This document shows positions 50,022 to 64,000 of a DNA stretch of 64,000 nucleotides, one piece after another. The stretch spans positions 23,498,001 through 23,562,000 of the forward strand of contig OZ024747.1 in the NCBI GenBank assembly GCA_964016885.1, written 5' to 3'. The first letter of the stretch is position 1, and the number at the start of each line of letters is the position of its first letter. Below the pieces are notes generated by a model, which was not told where the DNA came from, did no database searches, and saw only the letters and a list, made by a program, of their open reading frames with translations. The DNA is from Eledone cirrhosa (lineage: Eukaryota). A program made the translations under genes and the position numbers.

Positions 50022-50781
50022 CTAGCTAATAGGCTTAAAGTAAAAGAAAGAGCTTAATATCCGGTGGGGGCAAGAGGAAAATATTTCTGACTTTCTATTT
50101 AGTAGGGAGCACATGGCAAATATAATAGAGTGGGATTCCGTAAGGCATAGGTTACATACTCTATTATGAGGAGTATATGGATGGGATTTAGCAACTTGCC
50201 GCCAAGTGAGGGTGTACTGTGTTCGTGCATTTTTTAAATTGTGGACGTGCGCTGCCAAGGAGGTAGAATTCTTCAGTTTATTATGTCTAAATGTACACTG
50301 GTGTGAGTTAAATCTGGTTTTAAAAGGGGTGGAAGTTGATCCAATATAAGTTTTAGTGGACGCAGTAGTTACCACATCACACGCATAAACTATGTTTCTA
50401 GTAAGGCAGAAACCATTCAGGGGGCAGCCCGAAGCCCTTCTACAGTTACAATTTCTGGTGATGCTATTATCTAAATGATCACCAGCTTGCTGACCACGGG
50501 TGTTCAGGCTACCTCTGTCGACTCCAATGTTTTCCCCTAGGCGTAAGGTGTCGAGGCCTTCCTTAATTTTCTTATTTTTGGTATTGGCTAGATGAGAGGC
50601 CAGATTTTGGGTTGTAGAATACGAGAGTTTAACCACATTCTTATTGAGGATAGAATGGTACCTATTACCAGGAGGGAAGTTCCTTTCTAACACAGAGAAG
50701 AAGGCCCTAGGAATATTCGTAGCCACTTCGGAGTTAAATGGGGGGTTAAAATATGTATTCAATCTTCTTCTATTCTTTTTA

Positions 50782-50830
<49 letters not shown>

Positions 50831-52521
50831 TATTATTTTTATTAATTCCATTGCTAAGGTTACTATGTTCACCTAATCTATGCGGGGAGCTAAGAGGCCT
50901 ACCGTTACTGTTACTTAGTCCATTGGTACCCTGTTGGTGCATTTTACCGGCATTCAAAACCCTCATGCTCGAAACACCTCTATTACCAATGGACATATTA
51001 TGTGTTATAACAACACTGGTAGAGCTACTATTTGGACTATTATTTCCCTGGGCATAATGTAATTTGTCCCTAAAGCCGGATCTAGCTAAGGCATCATTAT
51101 AATAATCAGCCTGCGAGTTAAACGCCTCTTCGCTATGTGAGAGTGAACTTATTCTGTTAGAGACCCCCTTCAATATACCACTGATGACCGACTTAGGGTG
51201 GTTGGAGTTAGTATTCACATAAGTCAGCAATTCATTAGGCTTATGGTACGGTGTGTACGTATGGTTACCTAAGTCCAATGTAACATCAAGGAAGTTGACA
51301 GTCCTATCATTTATATCCATAGTAATGGACAGATTGAAGGTTTTAAAGAATTTATACAGCTTTTTCCTAATGCGCACTATATTATACTTGCTAGCATCTA
51401 TGGAGAGTAGGGCATCATCACGGTACAACCCACCCCTAAGGAATGGGAAGTTACTATGTAGTTCAGTAAGGAGGTAGAGCCCAACTAAGTCGGTGACCTG
51501 AGCAGAATCACTTGACCCCATAGTAATGTCAAAATTATCCGGTGTGTTTTTTCTCGTCCATAAATTATCCTCAAACATAATGATGGTTTTACGTGCAGCG
51601 AGAACGATATCTATCTGTGGCCGTGTAATGACCCCTCTCTGCATGGCTAGGATAAGGGCCTTATTGAGGATGATAGGAGATATAGATGTATAATAAGCAT
51701 CAATATCAAATTGGATAAACCTAAGCGAATCACGCTTACAATCCGTAGAAAACCACCTAATGACTTCACTAGTATTACCCCAAAGCTCAAGGAATGTTTT
51801 TTTCTTTAACCAGGGGAATTACGCTATCTAAGATTCTCTTACTTATAATCCCCAAATCAGACTCGGAGGGGCAGATAAGCCTAACTGAGGGGCTACTAAT
51901 AAAGTTTTCCTTATGGTCCTTAAGGGTGAATCTAGGCTGTTTGGGGTAATATGGTTGAGTGTGTTTATCTAGACCTAATTTTACTACTATGTTATACCCC
52001 TCTAGATTAATATTATCTAAATTACTCTGCGTTGTTTTTTTGTAGTTCCTATGTAGTTCATTATAAATGAAGCCACGATAAGTTTTATAATCCATACTAT
52101 ACAGGTTTTTAGTTTTGTCGGAAGGGACCAGAATAGATTTATTATCCTTAAAGTCCTTAACGATAGAACCGAGTTTACTCTGAAACTTATTGGTACATCT
52201 AGATTTTTTATACCTAATATTCCTGACAAGGGATAACAGCTCACTTTCGAAATTATCCAATAGGCTATTGTGTGGGGGGCTCCTATATGTCTTAAAGCCA
52301 TAATTATTAAAACTACACTTATCATCAGGGTTATCATACTTCTTATCAAAATGGAACGCACGCCACCGAACACGTTTTACAAAGGAATTTATGCTAGTTA
52401 TAAGCAATTTCTTATATGAAATTTTAGAAGGGGTGGGAATATTCTTCAAAGAAATGGGTAAGTATGTCTTTGTTAGCATACTGCCTGATGATATACAAGA
52501 ATATAAATTCACGTATATCAA
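50022..52521 (-). CDS. Penelope-like RT + GIY-YIG ORF (~830 aa) split by one +1 frameshift
   Basis: ORFs 51787-52521 and 50022-51644 join if one base is removed from the T7 run at 51797-51803, giving ...KEKTFLELWGNTSEVIRWF...FIQFDIDAYY..., collinear with PLE1; SDKT, LYRDD, CNCRRASGCPLNGFC, IVY...YIG. Confidence 0.9.
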
Positions 52522-52890
52522 AGTTGAAGCTCAACCAGTGGAAGCCGTATAATATATAAGGTGTTTTTGCCCGGTGTTGTATTTTTGGCATAGCTGGCCT
52601 TCCATAGATTGACGCTCTGTGTTATTCTCCCAAGAATAACGTCTTGGCCCCGATAGCCTTCCGTATTTATTAACGGTTTGTTTATACTTGAATCTGGTGA
52701 CTACACGTGTGAATACGCATCTCCTCATAAGGTTTTATTTTGAATATTAATCGTGATTACTCTGGCTAATTTACTGTGAAACTACATTATCTGCGACCAG
52801 TGAGAGCAACTGTTATGGGTTTTTGACTTTTGTTAGCTGGGTATGATATTTTTTGTGTAATATATCCGCGTAGATTTGGGTGTCCGGTGC

Positions 52891-52927
<37 letters not shown>

Positions 52928-52950
52928 ATATATTTATGTGTATATACGTG

Positions 52951-53009
<59 letters not shown>

Positions 53010-54682
53010 TGTCTCTGTATATATGTGTACGTATACTGTCTCTGTATATACATGTTTGTGTGTATGTGTGTATGTATAAGTATACATATACTGTCTCTGG
53101 ACTAACCCTAATGTTGCGTACATTCTTGCGATGCCGGATTGTTGCTCAATGTTGTGATTTTGTGGTTATCGGCTTTGGAAGCTATTTGTTATGCACGTTG
53201 TTGAGTTTTCTTATATTAAATGGTATGCATAATAACCTGCTTCACCTGACTGTGTTTTACCACCTGCACTTGCCTGCTTCTGCTCACTAATACGCGCCTC
53301 AGTTATTTGCCTCTTGATGTTCGTGCTGCTGTATATGAATTTGCCTGCAACCTTCCCAGCATATGCTCCTGCTTGTGATACGGATACACCTTGTTAACCA
53401 ATTAATTCTTGCCTGAGTGCTCAACTCTATGAATGCACATCTGTGTATTGAACTTTGGAGTGTGAACTTTTTGGGGATTGCCCAACCGCTCAACTCTATG
53501 AATGCACACCTGTGGATTGAACTTTGGAGTGTGAACTTTTGGGACTGTCCAACCTGGGATGTTTCCATTGCATTGTAATGGTCCACTCAATCTAGTGCGG
53601 ACATAGCATCTGTTCATAAAAAATATCATTCGAACACTCTATTGTTGAACTGCGGCTAACTGCAACACCTAAGGCGTTCGTGTGCTCCTGATATATTCCA
53701 TATATCACCATGAGTCAACACTAGTGTCACCTTAGGATTTCTATAATAATATTATTATTACATGCCCTAATAATTACCATCTTGATTACCCTTATTACAT
53801 CTTTTTACCCCCAGTTACATTTTTATAAATATGCATTACTTGGACTGATATGTGTATATATATATATATATATCCTTATATATACGTCTCTTTTATATAT
53901 ATTTTTTATATATATTTTTGTATATATTTTTGTGTATTTTATATGTTGTACGTATATCACTTGTTGAACATAGCTTGATAGCTTATGCATTTGCCAGTCT
54001 TATCTTTACCCACACCTTCCTTTATGGTGTATATTTTACTCCATTTTTTTTTGGTGTATTGTTTTATTTATCTTCTGGTGTATATTTTACTTTACTTTAT
54101 TTTATTTTATTTTATTTTATTTTATTTTATTTTTTACCTTTTATCTATTTTTTATCTATTTTTTATCTATTTTTTATCCATTTTTATCTATTTTTTATCT
54201 ATTTTTATCTATGTTTACCTATTTTTTATCTATTTTTTATCTATTTTTTATCTATTTTTTATCTATTTTTTATCTATTTTTTATCTATTTTTTATCTATT
54301 TTTATCTATCTCTATCTCTTAACTTGTGCCCATCCGTCTATGATATGTTATTTGTATTAGTGTATACTGTATGTGTTGCATACGGGTGCTTGTGTGTAGG
54401 TGCATGCGGGTGCTCATGCTTATGCGTATACTTGTATGTAGCTGTATGTTAACGGAACCCTGCCCAACTGTGAGTGATAACATTTCTTATTTTTCATTTT
54501 TATTTTTATTTTTATTTTTATTTTTATTTTTATTTTTATTTTTATTTTTATTTTTATTTTTATTTTACTCTTTTCTTATTTTACTCCTTTTACTTTACTC
54601 TTTAAACTCCTCCCAACTTATGGTATCCCCACATATATTCTTCTGTTTTGGCTTTGTCAATGCTTGTATACTATGTATTTAC

Positions 54683-54742
54683 TCTTTATGCTCTGAAGAG
54701 TCCCACTTCTAGTGTGGACGAAACACTGTTGGCAATTAAAGA
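54683..54742 (+). ncRNA. Type I hammerhead ribozyme
   Basis: Stem I TCTTTA.TGCT / GGCA..TAAAGA, CTGAAGA 54693-54699, stem II GTCC.CAC/GTG.GGAC, GAAA 54720-54723, minimal stem III within palindrome AACA-C-TGTT, triplet GUU. Confidence 0.8.
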
Positions 54743-54845
54743 TATACCTATGTTCTAAGCGCTCTTTGTTGTTAATTGTATTGTATGTATATATATATAT
54801 ATATGTATATGTATATATATATGTATGTATGTATATATATATATG

Positions 54846-56173
54846 TTATCTCTTTCTCTTAATTTCGAGTATATTTTTTTTGACCGGCCACCTTCCTGGT
54901 GGCAAGGTTGTAAAAGAAAAGAAATCGTCATCCCTTGAATCGCAAGAATGTTTTGCAAATGTTGAAGGTGCCAGCTATCGCAGCCATTTGTAGACTATGA
55001 ATTAGGGAGCTGCGCTTTTTGTCCGCAAATCCAAGTTCAGTCATACTTTGGTCCAAGCGGGTTGGTATATAACCCGTAGCACCAATAATGATGGGTATGA
55101 AGCTAAAGGTGTATCTTGGATACTGGATTTGTAAACTCCTCATCAATGGTCCGTAGATGTCCTCCTTCTCCTGTATTTTTCTGACAACGTTTACATCAAG
55201 TGGGCAGCTGATCTCCACAACAGAACACGTTTTCAATGTGTGGTCCCAAACTACAATATCAGGCCGGTTGTGCTTTAATTTGGTGGCAGTTTTTATTTTC
55301 AGGTTCCACCAGTATTCCTTAGTGCCATCTGTCTCAATATATTCTTCCTCGTTTGTTGTTAATTTTGTTTTCCGAAGTGCGTTCCAGATGGTTCTAGCTA
55401 TCCCATCGTGTCTCATGGGGAGGTAGTAGCGAGATGACATTCTTTCGCAGCTGGCAACAATGTGGCTTACATCCTCGATCTTTGTTTTACATAGCCTACA
55501 TTTATTGTCAGCTGCTGGCCCTCCTCTTTTGTGCAGCAGATATTTGGTAGTGAGTTCTTGTTGTCATAAACTTGTCGGAACTCCATGCCAGGCTTTTTGA
55601 GTGGTTTATCCCCTCTATGGTCTGTGTTTTACGCCTCAAGTATCCATGCACAACTTTTTCTGTAAATTGGTCAATTTTTTTATCTTGTTTGAACATTGAA
55701 TAGGATCTTCCGATTTCTCTGGGTGAGAGATTTATATCAGGCTTTATTCCATATCTCTCCTCCAGATCAGTCGCTATTCTAATATTTCTTTTTTCATGGT
55801 CATAAACCTGGGCAAGATGGTTGCCAACCTTTTTCTTCTGTTGAAGGTGTTGCTTCAGTGTTACTATCCGGGTCTCATATGTTGTTAATATTGATTTTAG
55901 ACCCCGGCCACCTTCCTTGCGTGAGAAGTATAGCCTATCCACATCACCATTGATGTTAAAGTTCCCAGTAACACTGAGAAGTTTTCGAGTTCTAACATCC
56001 ATCTCACTTAGTTCTTGCAATGACCAGTTCAGTAGGCCAAATGTTGGCGTTAGCATTGGCACAGCATAAGTATTGTGGGCAATGTATTTGTTGTATGCTG
56101 ACAGTTCTGATGACCATATTTTCTTTACTCTTCTGAGGTATTCAGTTCTGGTTCTCTCCTTATTTATGGGTCC
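54846..56173 (-). mobile_element. 5'-truncated R4/Dong-type LINE, copy 2
   Basis: Near identical to 40523-41874; ~35 bp deletion near 55562. Confidence 0.85.
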
Positions 56174-56314
56174 ATGTATGTATATATATATGTATGTATA
56201 TATATATGTATGTATATATATATGTATGTATATATATATGTATGTATATATATATGTATGTATATATATATGTATGTATATATATATGTATGTATATATA
56301 TATGTATGTATATG

Positions 56315-56349
<35 letters not shown>

Positions 56350-56354
56350 GTATG

Positions 56355-56385
<31 letters not shown>

Positions 56386-56402
56386 GTATATATATATGTA
56401 TG

Positions 56403-56449
<47 letters not shown>

Positions 56450-56534
56450 GTATGTATATATATATGTATATATATATGTATGTATATATATATGTATATA
56501 TATATGTATGTATATATGTATGTATATATATATA

Positions 56535-57144
56535 TGTCAGGTCACCAGTTGGTGCTACTGGTAACATGTATCCCAGTACAACCTGTCCCATGGTCGGGTC
56601 GTTGGCGACTAAACTGGCAACCCCACCAAGGTTTCTTGGTGAGGAGGGTGACTTTGGACATCCTGCAGGACTAAAAACAAAACCTGTCAAAGGGCAAAGG
56701 AGCTCTTAAGAGTCAATGGCCATCCAAAATCACCGGGAGAGATGACCCCTTAGCCTTTGTCAAGGCAGAATTCTAGGAGAAGGAAAACTCTGATATAACA
56801 CCTGCAACCCTGATGGTTTCCAATGATGTTGACTTGTTCTTCTTTTTGGTAAATATCATCTTGGTTAAGAGAGTGGGACTGGCTTTGTGCAGTGCCTTTG
56901 CTCACTATAAAAGCTTCACAGCACAGACATTGCTTTATATCTGGAGATCTCTCTGCACTTGTCGTCACATGGTACCATGGGCCCAGCACTATGTGTCAAT
57001 AATTGTCACAAGTGTAGTGTTTGTACCAGAGTTTTCAAGTCGCTGGCTGGACTAAAAAGTCACACTTATTCAGCGCATCGGTAGGGGTTCTCCTACATGG
57101 ATATAAAGTAGTGGCCGTACTCGAAAACGAGTTGGCAGCCACCA
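56535..57144 (+). mobile_element. Unclassified ~600 bp element, copy 4
   Basis: Same termini and interior as copies 1-3. Confidence 0.85.
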
Positions 57145-57296
57145 TATATATATATATATGTATGTATATATATATATGTATATATATATATATGTATGTA
57201 TATATATATGTATGTATATATATCTATATATGTATATATATATATATGTATGTATATATATCTATATATGTATGTATATATATATATATATGTATG

Positions 57297-57329
<33 letters not shown>

Positions 57330-57425
57330 ATATATATATATATGTATGTATATATATATATATGTATGTATATATATATATGTATGTATATATATATATA
57401 TGTATGTATATATATATATATGTAT

Positions 57426-60241
57426 TACTCTTTTACTCTTTTACCTGTTTCAGCCATCCGGCTGAGGCCATGCTGGGGCACCGCCCTTGTTGCTACACAT
57501 TTTATCTCCAGCCTGTATAGGTTGGCCACTGGTGTAGGAGGGAGTTTGTTGCTGCTGCCCTTAGGTTTCCCTCGTGTCTTGCTGTGGGCTCATCCGGGAT
57601 CCTGGATAACAAGATGTCGAGATGTTTCTGAAAGACATCCACCTCCACGTCATGCAAGTCTCGCAGATGCCTCGGCAGCCTGTTGAAGAGTTGAAGGCCC
57701 TTGAATCCCAGGCTATTGCAATACCTGCTCCTTATTCTAGATGTGGAAGACGGGACCTTTGGCACCACACAGTGACGTCCTGTTCGACGGTTGGTCCAGC
57801 TCCCAATGCCAAAGTTTGGTGCTAGTCCCTCCAGGATTTTCCACATGTAGATCACTGCGTATCTCTCCCGTCTTCGCTCCAAGGAGTAGAGGTTCAGTTC
57901 CTTCAGCCTCTCCCAGTAGCTTGTCTCCCTCATCTTGGCAATCCTCTTGGTGTAGCTTCGCTGGATTGCCTCAAGCTCCGTGGTTAGTTTGACACTATGG
58001 GGTGACCACAGCTGGGAGCAGTAGTCCAGGCGGCTTAGGACAAAAGTCCTCCACAGTGTCAACATGGTGTCTCGATCTCTTGTAAGGAAAGTCCTCAAGA
58101 TCCAGCCAGCGAATCGTCTACATGCTGTCGCCACCTTCATGATGTGTGAAGAAAAAGATGCATCATCGCTCATGTCTATGCCCAGGTCTCGCATCGATTT
58201 TGACACGGGGATATCGGTCCCTCCTGGTCCTGTGTAGCTGTGTTCCGCTATATTTATGTTTGTGTTTGCAGGTTTGTATTGTAGGGCTTGGAATTTGCCA
58301 GCATTAAACTGCATGTTGTTTTCTTCCGCCCATCTGTATATGGCATCCAGATCCTGCTGTAAGAGGGCAGCGTCAGCCGGGTTTTTGATTGCCTGTGCTA
58401 CCTTAGTGTCATCAGCATAGCTAGTGAGGGATGTTGTTGCATGCACTACAGAGGGCATGTCCGAGAGAGCCACCAAAAACAGTAGTGGTCCCAGGACTGT
58501 CCCCTGAGGCACCCCACTTGTTATCGGTGTTTCCCTCGAGAGGGCCCCATTTGCTGCGACTGCCTGGCTTCTGTCCCTTAGGAAGCCATGCAGCCACTCA
58601 CCTACTTTTCCAGTTATGCCGAGTCCGTGTAGTTTGTGACATATCATTCCGTGGTCGACCTTGTCAAAGGCCTTCGCAAAGTCAAGATATATCACGTCTA
58701 CATGTGAGCTGTCTAGCAGTTGTCTCAGTACCCAGTCGTAGTGATGTAGCAGCTGTGTAAGGCAGCTTCTTCCTGGGCGGAAGCCATGTTGCGTGCTAGT
58801 CAGGCGGTCATTTTCTTCGAGGAAAGTGATTAGTTTCTTTCTGACGACTCGCTCCATGACCTTACTGATATGCGACGTCAGGGAGACTGGCCTATAGTTC
58901 TTGGCCTCCGCTCTACTACCTCCTTTATGGATAGGGCATATTGTGCCTTCTTTCAGCTCCCTGGGTAGTACACCGCTAGCCAAGGAGCTTCTGAAGAGCA
59001 TCTTCAGTGGAGTTGCTAAGGCCCGCTTACATATTTTTAGGAGAACTGCTGGGAATCCATCAGGTCCAGCAGCCGAGTCTGTTCTAATTTCATCAATGGC
59101 GTACACCACATCCTCCTCCGTTATGTCTATGTGGTTGATGGTTGCCATTTCTTGATGTAGTGTTGTGGCATCAAAGAACTCCTCTGGCTTCGTTATTTGC
59201 ATGTGCCTCAGTGGACATGTGAAGACACTTTTGTACTGTTCGTTCAGTATTTCACATATCTCTTGGGGATTTTCGGTTAATGAACCGTCCGTGTGGAAGA
59301 GTGGTCCAATCTTGCAGTGTACTGAGGCAGTTTCTTTTGCAAATTTAAAGAAGGCCTTAGGGTTTGTTTTAATGTTTTCTATGGCCCTGTTCTCTTTCCT
59401 TGCCCTCTCATTCTCATGTGAAAGCTTGAGTGCAATCTCGGTGTCAAGTAGTGCACGTTTCAAATAGGATTCCTTCTTGTTTTGGTTTTGTTGACTATTC
59501 AACTGGTTTGAGAGTTTAGTTCTACGTCTCATAAGGATTTTCCTATCTCTGGGAATAAGATTTTTGTGTCTGTTTGCCTCTTTCTCCGGGACACACTTTT
59601 TGCATATGGTGTGTATCGTTGTCATGAAGTGTTGAAATTGTGTGTTAGTGTCTTGTGTGGCGATGTTTGCACTCCATGTTTGCTTCCGGATTTCACTCTT
59701 AATCTTCTTCCAGTCAGCCCCGTAGAAGTTAAGGCTGGATAGCGTCCCGGAGCTTCTTGGTGGTTTTGTCTCTGTTGGTTCTCTTGGACCACATATCATT
59801 AGCTCTACCAAGTTATGATCCGAGAGAATTGTTGGTGTCACCTTTACATTGTGGATGAGCACTTCGTTGTTTGTAAAACAGAGGTCCAGGACATTTTCGC
59901 CTCTTGTTGGGAGGAGTATTGCTTGCTCCATGAACAGCCTGTGTGTGAGGGCCAGCAGGGATTCCGTCTGTCTCTGTTCTATTGACGTCATTCCAGGGAG
60001 GAGGTGGCCCTCAGGCCATTTGACCTTTGGTAGGTTGAAGTCTCCCAGCAGTAGGATGTTGAGACCCTGGTCCAGTTTGTCAAGGACCTCTTCTAGCCTA
60101 CTTAGGCTATCCTCAAATTTACCCTCATGACTGGGGGCATCGGGCGGCCGATATGTGACACATATTAACGTCTGTAGTTGCTTCATATGTATTATCAGTG
60201 TGTCACAGACTGAGTTTGAATGTGTCAACAGTACAATTGGT
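57426..60241 (-). mobile_element. CR1-group LINE, 5'-truncated within APE, remaining frame intact (57502-60240)
   Basis: Continuous frame with [37 protein letters not shown]; (GTAAAAGA)n tail. Confidence 0.93.

Positions 60242-64000
<3,759 letters not shown>

Larger units (their letters stand above)
47304..54782 (-). mobile_element. Penelope-like element 2 (Naiad-like) with ~2.1 kb inverted terminal repeats
   Basis: 47387-49469 is the reverse complement of 52560-54782 (differences mainly microsatellite length); RT/GIY-YIG ORF between the arms; hammerhead near each outer end. Confidence 0.9.

Overview
Eukaryotic, extremely AT-rich, repeat-saturated DNA with no recognisable host gene. The SINE types and kilobase (TA)n/(TATG)n tracts suggest an octopod cephalopod (inference). 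Roughly half the window is compound TA/TATG microsatellite, with a 200-N scaffold gap at 10212-10411. Most of the rest is retroelements sitting in those tracts: two near-complete Penelope-like elements (RT + GIY-YIG, Naiad-like) with pseudo-LTRs and hammerhead ribozymes, several small palindromic PLE relics, an intact RTE LINE with a PHD finger plus its partner SINE, two CR1-group LINE families, two R4/Dong-type RLE LINE fragments, tRNA-derived SINEs and mariner MITEs. Most notable: (1) an unclassified ~600 bp non-coding element present four times, full length, always in the same orientation relative to microsatellite strand polarity; (2) hammerheads with a ~115 nt stem II; (3) a PLE wrapped in ~2.1 kb inverted repeats; (4) microsatellite composition that switches at insertion boundaries. 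Almost all YI/YM/HT-rich ORFs in the track are microsatellite artefacts. Coordinates were read by eye and may be off by a few bases; family names come from motif recognition, not database searches.
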